Part shown: positions 9,345-19,125 of the stretch, one piece after another
How positions within the stretch are numbered: position 1 is the stretch's first letter
Layout: each line of letters opens with the position of its first letter
Assembly (NCBI GenBank): GCA_965222375.1
Contig: CBDCTZ010000014.1
Coordinates: forward strand, 224,001 to 288,000
Direction of reading: 5' to 3'
DNA: 64,000 bases
DNA from: Polyangiaceae bacterium
GTDB lineage: Bacteria > Myxococcota_A > Polyangia > Polyangiales > Polyangiaceae
Notes under the pieces: generated by a model
Databases searched by the model: none
What the model was told of the DNA's origin: nothing
Seen by the model: the letters and a program-made list of their open reading frames with translations, nothing else
Position numbers and translations under genes: made by a program

Positions 9345-9689
9345 TCAGCCGGCGCCGGCGTTGCGGCGTGTCACGAGTTCCTCGACGAGCTTGACGAGCA
9401 CGACCGGGTCGACGGGTTTCCTGAGCAGGCGACAGATCGGCGAAATGTCCGCGTCGCTGGTGTCGACGCCCGTTATCAGCACGATCGGAGGAGCCTCGTT
9501 GCCGAGCGCCAGCTGGACCACATTCGACATTTGCAGGCCACTCATCTCCGGCATTTGCTGGTCTGTGATGATCAGCGCTGGGCGATGTTCACTGCAGTGG
9601 CTGAGCGCTGCGGACCCGCTCGTCACCGACGTGACCTCGTAGCGCATCCTTCGCAGCACTCGCGTTACCGTTCGACATCGCCGCGACAA
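9345..9689 (-). CDS. Single-domain response regulator (N-terminus atypical, possibly disrupted)
   Basis: PALIITDQQMPEMSG, IVLITG and KP motifs. The upstream in-frame sequence reaches a stop without an ATG. Confidence 0.7.
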   Translation of the reverse strand: MSRRCRTVTRVLRRMRYEVTSVTSGSAALSHCSEHRPALIITDQQMPEMSGLQMSNVVQLALGNEAPPIVLITGVDTSDADISPICRLLRKPVDPVVLVKLVEELVTRRNAGAG

Positions 9690-10100
9690 GTCGTTCCAGA
9701 CCAGGCCGACAGTCTCGGATTGCTCCCATCACACGTCCTTTCGAGTCTTTTCGCTTCCTGTTCCTGGATCGGCATTCGTAACGATTCCTTGAGCTCCGAC
9801 GCGCCGGGCCCCGGCTCGACTTCGTAGCGCGTGGCCTTGTCCGGGAGTAGTTGCCCAGCGCCGTGCTGTGATGTGACCCCAAACCCAACAGCTAGTCACA
9901 CGACCCAGCTGCCGCGCGCGTGATGCGGGTTAGTCCGGCTGTTGCCACGGTTGGAGGTGGCTGGCTGCTGGCACAGCCTGCGCCAGTGGCGGGGTGGCTG
10001 CGATCATACTTGGGCCTGAACGCTGGCACCAACGACACACTATTGCGGCGTTGGACAGCGAATGCGGAGTTGGCACGAGGAGTGCTTGTGGGGCCCGCTC

Positions 10101-11342
10101 ATGCTTTCCAAAATACTCTTGGTGGGAACTGTCTGCGCGCTTGCGGCGTGCGGTGTGACAACGGACGATCCAACGGGCTCTGAGCCCGGACAGAAGGCCG
10201 CAACCTGGCGCGTCGCCGTGGACGAGACTGTGCCCATCGGCTTGCGAGGGTTCTCTCATAAGGCTCGCCCCAGCTTGGCGCTCGATAGCGGTGGCGCTGT
10301 CCATGCAGTTGTAAACGCGCGCGGGGAGAGCGGCTCCAGTCGATCTTTTTACGCCGTCCGCGGCCCGTCCGGTTGGACCAAGCTGGAGGAGGTTGGAACC
10401 GTGATGGTTGGCGTGATCGGAATCGATGCTGACGAGCGACCCATCGTTGCGAACCCCGGGTTTGGCTTTTCGGGTTTGAAACGGCGTGTCGGCGGCGAAT
10501 GGACGTCTGAGGACGTCGACATCGTGGTGCGGCAGATTCTGACTGACCCGACGGGAAGACTGCATCTCGTTGGTTATCGGGACACGGATGTCGTCATGTT
10601 GGCTGAAGGAGCCGGCGGCGAATGGGTTTCGCAGACTCTGGGCGCGGTTTCGGGGTGGCACGGGTCACCCGGGTTGCAGGCCCTGTTCCGGGATGACGGA
10701 TCCGTGGTCGCGCTCTATCCGGAACCGAGTGGATTGCGCCTCGCGGACAGCGCCACGACGACGCCCTTGGAGTTGACGTCCGGCAGTTTCGGCTCATCGA
10801 GCTTGGCCCTTGGGCCCGATGGCAGCGCGCAGGTGTTGCTCAACACCGGCAACGAAGTTGCGCTGTTCGAACAGACGAGCGAATCCGTGGTTCGCCGCAC
10901 CGTAGCTGCGGACGCAATCCCCAGTGCGGAGGCGTGCGAAGGGCAGACTTCGCCATGCAAGGTGCCAGTGACCGTAACCTGGGCACTCGGGCTGGCCGGA
11001 TTCGGCCACGAAACCTCGGCCGTCTTTGTCACCGAAGACCGTACTGGGCTCCGACTCCGCGAGTGCGACATCCAGGGAAGCACGCATAACCCGAAGTGTG
11101 ACGGTGGCGCCGACGGCGATTGGGAGACCTCACTCAGCGGTGGCACGGAGGATCCCGAGAATCAACGGGTCCACATTGGAGGAGCCTCGCTCGCGATGAA
11201 GAACCCACTTCCTGAACAGAATGCCTCCGTGGTCGTGGACAAACTCGGGCGCATCCACGTTGCGGTTTACCAAGACGCGACCGACGACTGGGAAGACGGC
11301 ATGCTCCTTCGCTACGTTCGCTTCGATCTGTCGCCCAACTGA
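10101..11342 (+). CDS. Lipoprotein, probable beta-propeller
   Basis: Lipobox LAAC and repeated SLALDxxGxxH / DxxGRxH blade motifs. Confidence 0.75.
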   Translation: MLSKILLVGTVCALAACGVTTDDPTGSEPGQKAATWRVAVDETVPIGLRGFSHKARPSLALDSGGAVHAVVNARGESGSSRSFYAVRGPSGWTKLEEVGTVMVGVIGIDADERPIVANPGFGFSGLKRRVGGEWTSEDVDIVVRQILTDPTGRLHLVGYRDTDVVMLAEGAGGEWVSQTLGAVSGWHGSPGLQALFRDDGSVVALYPEPSGLRLADSATTTPLELTSGSFGSSSLALGPDGSAQVLLNTGNEVALFEQTSESVVRRTVAADAIPSAEACEGQTSPCKVPVTVTWALGLAGFGHETSAVFVTEDRTGLRLRECDIQGSTHNPKCDGGADGDWETSLSGGTEDPENQRVHIGGASLAMKNPLPEQNASVVVDKLGRIHVAVYQDATDDWEDGMLLRYVRFDLSPN

Positions 11343-11433
11343 CCGGCTGCGTGGACTTTGATCGGTCTAGCAGCTCGGGGTCTATCGCCGTTTGGTGCGC
11401 AATGGCGAGGACGGTTCTAGGCCGAGAAGTCGC

Positions 11434-12420
11434 CTAGTCGCTCAGATCGATCTCTTGGCGGCGGCCCTGGGTGAGCCAGATAACGCGGTCTTGGATCTCT
11501 TGATCGGCCAAGTTTTGGCGCAGGGTCGAGGTGGGTTCATCGAAGTGGCTCCAGCCGTCGTAGTGGATCGGTACGATTCGACGCGGCCGTAGGCTTTTCG
11601 CCAGCTGGACGGCGTCGGAGCCTCGCAGGGTGTAGCGAATCGAGTCGAGGGGCCAGATCATGTTGGGGAATCGCACGCCACCGGCGTGGATGAAGGCCAC
11701 GTCGATTGGTCCCACGCCCCGCTCGTTCAAGGTGTCACGCAGCCGCTCGAGCTGTGGGAAGAGGACCGTGTCGCCGGAGATGTACGCCACATAGGGACGG
11801 TCACCGGTCCATTCCAGCAAGAAACCCGTGACCTTGCCTACGCCGGGAAACCACTCGGCGGGGCCGTGGAGAGCGGGCATGGCGGTGATGGTCAGATGGC
11901 GCCCTCCCGAGCCGACGACACAGTGTTGCCACGTGTCGAGACCGTTGACCTTGTCTCCTATCCCGTGGCGCGCGTGGAGTCGCCTCGCGCCAGGCCGCGT
12001 GGTGATGACGCGTTGGATGTTGGGTTCGCTGAGCAGGGCGCGGCCGCGATGGTCCAGGTTGTCCGCGTGCTGATCGTGGCTCAGCAGCACGGCATCGATG
12101 CGACCGACTGCTTCGGCCGCGATGGTGGGATCGGCTTGCTTGGTGGAGCGGGCGCCGTAGCCGAAGGAGTACTTGCCGGGGCCGTCGAAAGCAGGATCCG
12201 TGAGAAAGCGGAACGGACCGATTTCGAGCAGAACGCTGGCCGTTCCAATGTGCGTGGTTTTGATCACATGCATCGGGGAGTCCTCTTGCTTTGGGGCTCG
12301 GGATTCGAAGGAGCAGACCGGGGCAACCGCCTGCCAGTCGGCGCTGGAGGCGCAGGCGCTGCAGGCGAGCAGGCACAGCCCAAGACCGCAGAAAGACGGA
12401 AACTCCGGGCGAGAAGCCAT
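11434..12420 (-). CDS. MBL-fold metallo-hydrolase (UlaG-like)
   Basis: LTDPAF, SHDQHADNLD, ALHGP, YISGDT and PIHYDGWSHF motifs. Possible lipoprotein-like N-terminus; alternative start at 12273. Confidence 0.88.
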   Translation of the reverse strand: MASRPEFPSFCGLGLCLLACSACASSADWQAVAPVCSFESRAPKQEDSPMHVIKTTHIGTASVLLEIGPFRFLTDPAFDGPGKYSFGYGARSTKQADPTIAAEAVGRIDAVLLSHDQHADNLDHRGRALLSEPNIQRVITTRPGARRLHARHGIGDKVNGLDTWQHCVVGSGGRHLTITAMPALHGPAEWFPGVGKVTGFLLEWTGDRPYVAYISGDTVLFPQLERLRDTLNERGVGPIDVAFIHAGGVRFPNMIWPLDSIRYTLRGSDAVQLAKSLRPRRIVPIHYDGWSHFDEPTSTLRQNLADQEIQDRVIWLTQGRRQEIDLSD

Positions 12421-12454
12421 GCTTCCGAGTGTGGGTTTTCGCGCCTGGCTGCGC

Positions 12455-12493
12455 TATGCAAGAATACGAATATATACTATGCGTTTTTGCATG
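12455..12493. promoter_or_regulatory. AT-rich divergent promoter with a LysR-type dyad (ATGC-N6-GCAT)
   Basis: Sequence tatgcaagaatacgaatatatactatgcgtttttgcat lies between the MBL and LysR genes. Confidence 0.5.
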
Positions 12494-13363
12494 ATAGATT
12501 GGAGTGACGTGCAGGTCTTCCTCGAAGTCTCTCGGGCCGGGTCCTTCAGCGACGCGGCGCTCGCCCTGGGGGTGAATCAGTCGACGGTGAGTCGCCGGGT
12601 GGCCCAGTTGGAAGAGCAGCTCGGCTTTCCGCTCTACTTCCGAGGGCCACGGGGCCTCACGCCTACCCAGAACGCGGCGCGCATGTTGCCCCACGCCGAA
12701 AAAGCCGAGGCAGCGCTGTTGGCCTTCGCCCGGGCTTCGTCGGACGCGGGGCCCGACGCCAAGGGCTGCGTGCGGCTGGCCACGGTGGAAGAGATCGCAA
12801 CCCACCTGATCGCGCCGGCCATGAACGACCTGGCTCGCCGCTGGCCCAACATCTCGCTCCAGGTGTTGGGCGCGACCGCGTCGGTGGATCTCGAGCGTGG
12901 GCAAGCCGACTTGGCGCTCCGGCCGTCCCGGCCGAAAACCGGGAACCTATCGGCGCGGCGCGTGGCCACCATCGCCTACGCGGCCTATGCCGCTGAGAGC
13001 TATGTGGATCGCCACCGGCAAGTGGTCGAGTCTGGATGCTGGGGCTCCCTCGACTGGCTGACTCTCGCTGATTCGATGGCCCAACTACCCGAAGTGCGGT
13101 GGGTGATGAATTGCGCCGAGCGCCCGCCCATCATGCGATTGGGCAGCACTACCGCGCTGGTGGAGGCCACCGCCAGTGGCATCGGCGTGGCGATTCTCCC
13201 CATGGCGCTGGCCAGCCGTCAGCGCCAACTGCGTCGCCTCGATCCGGCGGCTTCAGCGATACTGACGCGGCGTCTGTGGCTCGTCGTGCATCGCGACATG
13301 CGCGATCTCCCCCGGATCCGCGCGGTCAGCGACTGGCTCGTCGAGCTGCTCTCGGCCGCCTGA
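12491..13363 (+). CDS. LysR family transcriptional regulator
   Basis: DWSDVQVFLEVSRAGSFSDAALALGVNQSTVSRRVAQLEEQLG HTH plus substrate-binding domain. Confidence 0.95.
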   Translation: MIDWSDVQVFLEVSRAGSFSDAALALGVNQSTVSRRVAQLEEQLGFPLYFRGPRGLTPTQNAARMLPHAEKAEAALLAFARASSDAGPDAKGCVRLATVEEIATHLIAPAMNDLARRWPNISLQVLGATASVDLERGQADLALRPSRPKTGNLSARRVATIAYAAYAAESYVDRHRQVVESGCWGSLDWLTLADSMAQLPEVRWVMNCAERPPIMRLGSTTALVEATASGIGVAILPMALASRQRQLRRLDPAASAILTRRLWLVVHRDMRDLPRIRAVSDWLVELLSAA

Positions 13364-13429
13364 GGACCGAGATTGTGTGCAGCGACTTCGGGCCGGTGCA
13401 GGGCTGCTTGCGGCGCTGGCGGGGCCGTC

Positions 13430-14503
13430 TCACCAACCCGGGTTGACGTCGAAGGCGCTGAAGTTGTCGATGTAGATGTAGGTCAGCTCCGTGAAGCCGC
13501 TGTTGGCCCAGCCGAGGACGTAGCCGTTGTCGATGTAGTTGTCGCTGTCATTGCCGGGATAGATCGGCAACGTGTCATTCTTGTAGACCTGCTTTCCGTC
13601 GATCCACCATTGCATCAAACCGTCGTCGTTCTTCGAAGAGGCGACGCGGAAGTGCATGCGTATCTGCGCCCACTTGCCGCGGTTCACCGTGCCCGGGTCC
13701 GCGTCTGTGACGAACGGGGAAACGCCGCCGCTGTTGTAGGGGCCCGCGGACTTGCCCGGCGCGCTGTACTCGTTGAACAGCCGTGAGTTGCCGCTGCCGC
13801 TGCCGCCAGTCGTGGGTCGGGTGGAGCAGCCGTAGTGAAAGGAGCCACTGTATTTGCCACGCCAGAGCCGCAGGAACTTGTTGTTGTCGCTGCTGACGTC
13901 GTCGCGATGTGCGTAGCGGGCGCTGCCGAGCCCTTCATTTCCAGTTGGGTAGTAGATGTCGAACTCGAGCCAGATCTCCGAGAGGTTGCGGCCGATGCCG
14001 AAGCGCAACTCGGCGAAGCTGTCATCACCGCTGGCGTCGGGGCCGAACTCGAAGCGCAGGGCGCTCTTGTCGCCTTGGCCGTGGGTCGAGGTGACCTGCA
14101 CCTTCTTGTTCGGTGCCCACGAGAAGCCGCCCATCTTGTTGCTGAAGTCGCCACTCGAGAAGTCATCGAAGAAGAACGCCTTGGAACCGCTGCCCCCGGA
14201 GCCGGCTGTGCCGCCACTGCCTGCGCTACCCGCCGAACCAGAGCTGCCGCCCGCGCCCGCGCTGCCTCCCGCGCCGGCGCCGCCAGAAGTGCCAGCACTG
14301 CCACTGCTGCCCCCGCCACTGCCCGACGCGCCGCCGGAGGATGCGCCACCCGTCCCGGCGCCACCGCTGCCGGAACCGTCATCCGAATCCGAGTCGCAGC
14401 CAAGGGGGAGCAGGGTGCAGAGCAGTGCGGCGGCGCCTCGCAATGCGAGCCCGCGAGTACCGAGTTTCGTGGCTATCAAGACAATCGGTCCTTTCAGTTG
14501 CAT
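13430..14503 (-). CDS. Lipoprotein with a polysaccharide-lyase-like / LamG jelly-roll domain
   Basis: Lipobox LPLGC, Gly/Ser linker, FFDDFSSG, NNKFLR, GKW...DGLMQWWIDG and YIDNF. Start at 14503 overlaps the upstream stop. Confidence 0.7.
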   Translation of the reverse strand: MQLKGPIVLIATKLGTRGLALRGAAALLCTLLPLGCDSDSDDGSGSGGAGTGGASSGGASGSGGGSSGSAGTSGGAGAGGSAGAGGSSGSAGSAGSGGTAGSGGSGSKAFFFDDFSSGDFSNKMGGFSWAPNKKVQVTSTHGQGDKSALRFEFGPDASGDDSFAELRFGIGRNLSEIWLEFDIYYPTGNEGLGSARYAHRDDVSSDNNKFLRLWRGKYSGSFHYGCSTRPTTGGSGSGNSRLFNEYSAPGKSAGPYNSGGVSPFVTDADPGTVNRGKWAQIRMHFRVASSKNDDGLMQWWIDGKQVYKNDTLPIYPGNDSDNYIDNGYVLGWANSGFTELTYIYIDNFSAFDVNPGW

Positions 14504-15684
14504 CCGATGGGATCGGTGCTGACGACGACGTCGTCGAACCAGGCTTGGTTCGAGTGGCCCTTGGCGTCGGAAGTGGTCAGGTAGTGCTGCAGCCGCACCA
14601 TGTTGAGCCCGAGGTCCTTGGTGGTACGCCACATCATGGTCGTTTCTCGATGGGCAAGCTTGCCGTCGAGCCAGAACGCCATCTCGCCGTTCTTCTGGCC
14701 GATGTCGTTGGCCTTCATCATCATCTCGAGGCAGACCCACTTGCCCTTGGGCAGGGCCACAGCGGGGGAGGGAATGTAGTGATTGCCCCAGCAGCACTCC
14801 GGGCCATTGGCGCAGGCCATGTCCTTTTTGGCGCAGCCGTCGCAGATCGCTTTCGAGTCCGCGTAGCTGTCGCATTTGCTGCCCGAGTCGCACTTCATGT
14901 CGGGGGAATAGGTGTAGAAGAAGGTCTCGTGGCTGCCTGCCTTGAAGTCCACGGTCGTGCCCATGGATCGGTAGCCGTTGGGGCGGCAGCCCGCGTTGCC
15001 ATAGGCGTCCCAGAAGTTCTGGCTACCGCTGATATTGAGGAAGTGGTGCACGCGCTGATGGTCCGCTGCGAGCTTGACGTAGGTGCGGAAGTACAGCTTG
15101 TCGTAGCTCTTCAGGGAACAGCCCGGCTTGTTGGTGCCGGCGCAGGTTCGATAGATCAAATCCGCGCCCTTGTAGCCAGCGCTCGCGGCCGCCGGAAAGT
15201 GCACGGCCCATCCGCCGGAATTGGCGTCGCTCGACGCCTTCATGCGTCCCGAATCGTTAGCGCCGATTTGGTCCGTCCAATCCCAGCCGCTCTTCCAGGC
15301 GTCGAAGCCTGCGGCCATGCCCTCGAAGTCTTCGCAGAAGAGCCAACCCGGCCCAGGGTTATTGCAGTTGTAGCCTGCAGACGAGCCTGCGCCGCCGCCC
15401 GTGTTTCCACTGCCAGCCGTGTTGCCGGTGTTGCCGCTGCCGCCCGCGTTGCCGCTTCCGCCTGCGTTGCCCGCACCCGCGGCGTTGCCGGTGTTGCCCG
15501 TGCCGCCCGCGTTGCCGGCATTTCCGCTTCCACCGGCGTTGCCGCTGGCGCCCGTCCCCGTCGTGCCGCCCGAACCATTCGAGCTGTCACCGTCCGACGA
15601 GCAGGCGGTTGCGACGATGGCGCACAAGCCGGCCGTGACGAGCCAGGAGCGATGGCTTTTGAGGAAATGGAATGCGTCGACCAT
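14494..15684 (-). CDS. Lipoprotein with a polysaccharide-lyase-like jelly-roll domain
   Basis: Lipobox ATAC, GN-rich linker, FCEDFE, GKWVCLEMMMK...GEMAFWLDG and WFDDVVVSTDPIGC. Confidence 0.75.
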   Translation of the reverse strand: MVDAFHFLKSHRSWLVTAGLCAIVATACSSDGDSSNGSGGTTGTGASGNAGGSGNAGNAGGTGNTGNAAGAGNAGGSGNAGGSGNTGNTAGSGNTGGGAGSSAGYNCNNPGPGWLFCEDFEGMAAGFDAWKSGWDWTDQIGANDSGRMKASSDANSGGWAVHFPAAASAGYKGADLIYRTCAGTNKPGCSLKSYDKLYFRTYVKLAADHQRVHHFLNISGSQNFWDAYGNAGCRPNGYRSMGTTVDFKAGSHETFFYTYSPDMKCDSGSKCDSYADSKAICDGCAKKDMACANGPECCWGNHYIPSPAVALPKGKWVCLEMMMKANDIGQKNGEMAFWLDGKLAHRETTMMWRTTKDLGLNMVRLQHYLTTSDAKGHSNQAWFDDVVVSTDPIGCN

Positions 15685-15858
15685 GTTGCGGAGCTTTTTT
15701 GCAGGTTTTGCGCCGCCTGGGTTGAAGCGCGATCCGGGGCAGATCCCGGAAAAACAGAGTTGGCTGCGCCGCGGGGATTTCCAACTGCGATCGATCCATT
15801 CGCGCCGGAGATGCAGCCGACAATGGTTGGATCACCCTCGCGCGGCGCTGGGCTCGCG

Positions 15859-17655
15859 CTAGTTCGTCGGGAATCGGCCGATGTTCACCGGGCCGGAGGC
15901 GCCGGAGTACATGCTGGCGTCCCCGGCGCCGATGAGCGGCGAACCGGCAAAGGGCTTGAAACCGCTGGCCTCGTCTAACTTTGGATTTCCGGTCAGTGAG
16001 TGGCTCTCGCTACCCGCCGGCAAGTTGGAAAACGTCCAGCTCTCCTTCTCGGAGAAGCTGTTGAATACCGAGTAGGCTTTGCCGGCATCGAAGAAGTTGT
16101 AGTCCGTGTCTGCACCTTGAGTGAGGAAGGGCGCCAAGGTGTCGTGCCCCCCGAAACGGACTGCCGCCGTCTTGTACCGCAAGAACACGTTGTTACGGAT
16201 CGTCGTGGCCGGGTCGCCCTTCTGCACCTTGATGCCAAAGTTGACGTCGGCGAACACGTTATTGAAGACGCGGTTGGGGCCAGCGACTTCCCCGGCGCCG
16301 AGGTGACCGAGGTCGAAGCCCGTGTCGCAATTCGTGATCAAGTTCTCCCGCACGGTCCAATCACCTCCGGGGTAGCAGGTGTTGCCCTGGCAGCGTGGGT
16401 GCGTGGCTTCGACGCCGACCATGCTCACGCCGTCGATCACGTTGCCAACGACGTGGACTTTAGACGCGCCGCCCTTCGAACCGACGGCAGCGCGCCCGAA
16501 TTCCGAAAGTGTGTTGCCGCACACCCAGATGTCGCCGTCGGGCTGTTCGCCGGAGAGCATGAAGGTGATGCCCCAGGCGTTCACGGTGTTCCAATACGTG
16601 GTGTCCGCGACCCGATTGTTGATCACGTGACTGCCGTTGGTGCTCCATAGCGCCAGGCCGTAGGCGTTGTTGCCGCCCTGGGCTGCGTTGTGGGCAAGAT
16701 CGTTGTCTTCGATCAGGGCGTAATCGGTTCCTGAGAAGAAGATCGAGGTCCAGTGGGTATGCCGCATGGTCAGGCCCCGCACCACGAAGTAGTCCGAGGC
16801 CTCTACCGTCAGGCCCCCCTGACCGACCTCGAAGGTCTCGCTGGCCACGTTCATTCCGCTGGGTGGATTCAGGTAGATGAAGCAACCCGCGCTGCTGTCA
16901 CCGCAGGCTTTTCCGGCCGCGTCCGCCTTGGTCCACTTGCCTGGCGTCAGCGCCGAGCTGTCCACGTGCCAGTTGGAGCCGAACTTGCCGGACTCGTGGT
17001 CGATGCGCGTTCCTGCGCTGGTCCACATGCCCGCGGGGTCCCTGAGCAGTTTGTCCGCGGGCGCGCGATACAGCCCTCCCGCAACGGCCTCAAAGGACGA
17101 ACCGGCAAACTGCAGCGACCCGTGGATGACCGGTGTGGTTCCAGCATCCGCGCGCAGTACGAAGTACTCGCTGGCGGTTCCCGGGCGAGTGACCTTGACG
17201 CGAGTGCTCCCGGAGGAAAACTCGTCGAATAGGCGATACTCGCCTGCGAGAACTGTGACGACACCCGGCGCTTTGGGGATCGCATTGAACGCAGCAGTGA
17301 AGGTACAGAACGGCTTGTCCTTCGTTCCGCTGCCCCCGTCGTCGCAGCCGCTGACGCCCACGAAGACCTCGGGCCAGCCGCTGCCGATGGCTCCTTGAGG
17401 TGGCTTGGGGCAATCAGCTGTCGTGACCGGGGCTCCCCCGGCGCCCCCGCTGCCGGCAGCGCCCCCGCCGCCGCTCGCACCTCCACCGCCGCTTGCGCCG
17501 GCGCCTCCGCTTGCGCCCCCACTGGCGCCCGTGCCCCCACTTGCGCTGGCGCCGCTGCCCGCGGCGTCTTCGTCGGAGCCGCCGCAGCCACTGGTCGCCA
17601 GCAGCGCCATCAGGCTCGCACCCATCAGAAAACGGCTTGTCGCAAGGTAGGTCAT
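15859..17655 (-). CDS. Lipoprotein with a right-handed parallel beta-helix (pectate lyase-like)
   Basis: Lipobox TSGC, GTKDKPFCT motif, repeated IxxN/VxNN coils, C-terminal GSPLIGAG...NIG. Confidence 0.8.
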   Translation of the reverse strand: MTYLATSRFLMGASLMALLATSGCGGSDEDAAGSGASASGGTGASGGASGGAGASGGGGASGGGGAAGSGGAGGAPVTTADCPKPPQGAIGSGWPEVFVGVSGCDDGGSGTKDKPFCTFTAAFNAIPKAPGVVTVLAGEYRLFDEFSSGSTRVKVTRPGTASEYFVLRADAGTTPVIHGSLQFAGSSFEAVAGGLYRAPADKLLRDPAGMWTSAGTRIDHESGKFGSNWHVDSSALTPGKWTKADAAGKACGDSSAGCFIYLNPPSGMNVASETFEVGQGGLTVEASDYFVVRGLTMRHTHWTSIFFSGTDYALIEDNDLAHNAAQGGNNAYGLALWSTNGSHVINNRVADTTYWNTVNAWGITFMLSGEQPDGDIWVCGNTLSEFGRAAVGSKGGASKVHVVGNVIDGVSMVGVEATHPRCQGNTCYPGGDWTVRENLITNCDTGFDLGHLGAGEVAGPNRVFNNVFADVNFGIKVQKGDPATTIRNNVFLRYKTAAVRFGGHDTLAPFLTQGADTDYNFFDAGKAYSVFNSFSEKESWTFSNLPAGSESHSLTGNPKLDEASGFKPFAGSPLIGAGDASMYSGASGPVNIGRFPTN

Positions 17656-17845
17656 GGGGCGGCCCGAGCAGGTTTCGTGCCGCCGCCCGTAAGGGGGGGC
17701 TCCTCGACAAAGCCGAGGCGTCGCAGGCCTCTTTTCGCGCCGAGGTGCGAACGAGTGATTCACGTTTGAAGGCCCGGGTGCGATCGGTTCGATCGCGCCC
17801 GCCCGCGTGGTGTTTTGGGTCGGCGGGCTATGCTACATAGCGCTC

Positions 17846-18184
17846 ATGATTGAGCTCATCTGCAAAAAGACCTGAAGCACCTGTCGCAAGGCGGTCGCTT
17901 TGCTGGACAAGAAAAGGGTCAAGTATCGTTATCGGGAGTACACCCAGGAGCCCTTGACCAAGGCGGAGATCACCAAGGTGCTCAGCATGCTGGGGCTTCG
18001 CGCGGTGGACGTGCTCCGAAAGAACGACGCCGCCTACAAGGAAAACGGGCTGACTGGCAAAGAGCCGCAAGCCAAGCTGATCGGTTTGATGGCCAAGCAC
18101 CCGACGCTTCTGCAGCGCCCCATTGGCATCAAGGGCGGCAAGGCCGTCGTCGGTCGCCCGGTGGAGGCTTTGCTCGAGCTCTGA
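17846..18184 (+). CDS. ArsC/Spx(YffB)-family thioredoxin-fold reductase, predicted selenoprotein (Sec at codon 10)
   Basis: ATG 17846 gives MIELICKKT-U(TGA 17873)-STCRKAVALLD...HPTLLQRPI...VVGRP. The TGA aligns with the first Cys of the family CxTCRKA motif, and a SECIS-like hairpin follows. Confidence 0.85.
17882..17909 (+). other. Bacterial SECIS-like stem-loop
   Basis: TGTC-GCAAGGC-[GGTC]-GCTTTGC-TG-GACA. The loop starts 18 nt after the UGA, and the GGUC apical sequence matches the E. coli fdhF SECIS. Confidence 0.7.
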
Positions 18185-18293
18185 GGCCGAGATCGACCGT
18201 TACTTGGCCGACAAGCCCAGATCGACCGTACTCGGCCGACAACACGCCTCGCTCAAGGTTCCTGAGGCCGCGCCGTTCCTGCCTTTGGAACCC

Positions 18294-19067
18294 ATGGCTC
18301 GACAACACGACCGCGAAGAGGCGACTTGGTCGCCGAAAAGTGACGAAGTCATCATGCAGCGCAAGGAGTTGCGCAAGCTGCTCACAGAGCTTCGACAGCG
18401 TGGAAGCACTCCAGGGATCATGGACCGCCTGGCCGCCTTCTTGCGGCACGAGTCTCTCGGAAAGCCTGCGGCCGTCGCCATCTCCAACCTGGACTACGTG
18501 CTTTCCGAACTGGCGGTCTTCGAGACTTGCACTGAAGCACAGCGGGAGCGGGCCGTGATGGAGATTCGGGCCGCCGTCAACGACGCCTCCGACGGGGTCC
18601 GGAGCATCCGTGATGCCGTGACGGAAATGTCCATCGACAGCTCGGTTCCGGTGGGCTCGGAGGCAGCCCGAAGTGGTTTGCCGGAGGTCCTGCTGATCGA
18701 TGACGAGCCCCGCGTCGGTGCGGCGTTGCAACGTGGTCTCGGAAAGGACTGCGTCATCACTGCTTGTACGAGTGGTGCGGCTGCCCTCGAGCTCCTCGCG
18801 CAGCGAGGGTTCGATGTGATCATCTGTGATCTGTCGCTGCCTCAGATGAGCGGTATCGAAGTCTACGAGCAAATCTCGCAGCGTTGGCCCGAGCAGGCTG
18901 CGCGAATCTTGTTCATCACCGGCGGGGCCGTCGGAGACGGGGAGCGCGGCTTCCTGGCCAAGCATTCGGAGCGAAGCTTTGCCAAGCCCATCAAACTGGC
19001 GGAGCTCCGGGTGGCGATAGGGCGCGTGATGCGCCTGGCAGATGGCCTGAATCGACGCGCGTCGTGA
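18294..19067 (+). CDS. Response regulator with a degenerate HisKA-like N-terminal helix pair (no HATPase)
   Basis: RHESLGKP...SNLDYVL segment followed directly by a REC domain (LLIDDE, CDLSLP, ITGG, AKP). Confidence 0.75.
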   Translation: MARQHDREEATWSPKSDEVIMQRKELRKLLTELRQRGSTPGIMDRLAAFLRHESLGKPAAVAISNLDYVLSELAVFETCTEAQRERAVMEIRAAVNDASDGVRSIRDAVTEMSIDSSVPVGSEAARSGLPEVLLIDDEPRVGAALQRGLGKDCVITACTSGAAALELLAQRGFDVIICDLSLPQMSGIEVYEQISQRWPEQAARILFITGGAVGDGERGFLAKHSERSFAKPIKLAELRVAIGRVMRLADGLNRRAS

Positions 19068-19125
19068 TGTAACGTCGCGTTGCTCGCGAAAATTGGGCGC
19101 GCTGCGCCGCCGGTGGGCGCAAACG

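Noticed and set aside
9871..9900. CRP-like site TGTGAC...GTCACA
   Set aside because: Half-site spacing is far longer than the 6 nt of CRP/FNR sites, with no other support.
11434..12420. Beta-lactamase
   Set aside because: Motifs match UlaG-like MBL-fold hydrolases, not class B beta-lactamases.
14504..14893. N-terminal extension of ORF 13430..14893
   Set aside because: Overlaps the upstream gene in another frame; the signal peptide begins near 14503.
15400..15570. GGN/GGS nucleotide repeats here and in other lipoproteins
   Set aside because: Codon-periodic Gly-rich linkers inside CDSs, not independent repeat elements.
17873..17875. Nonsense mutation (ArsC pseudogene)
   Set aside because: The stop is TGA exactly at the redox Cys position with a SECIS-like hairpin downstream, so selenocysteine is the better explanation.
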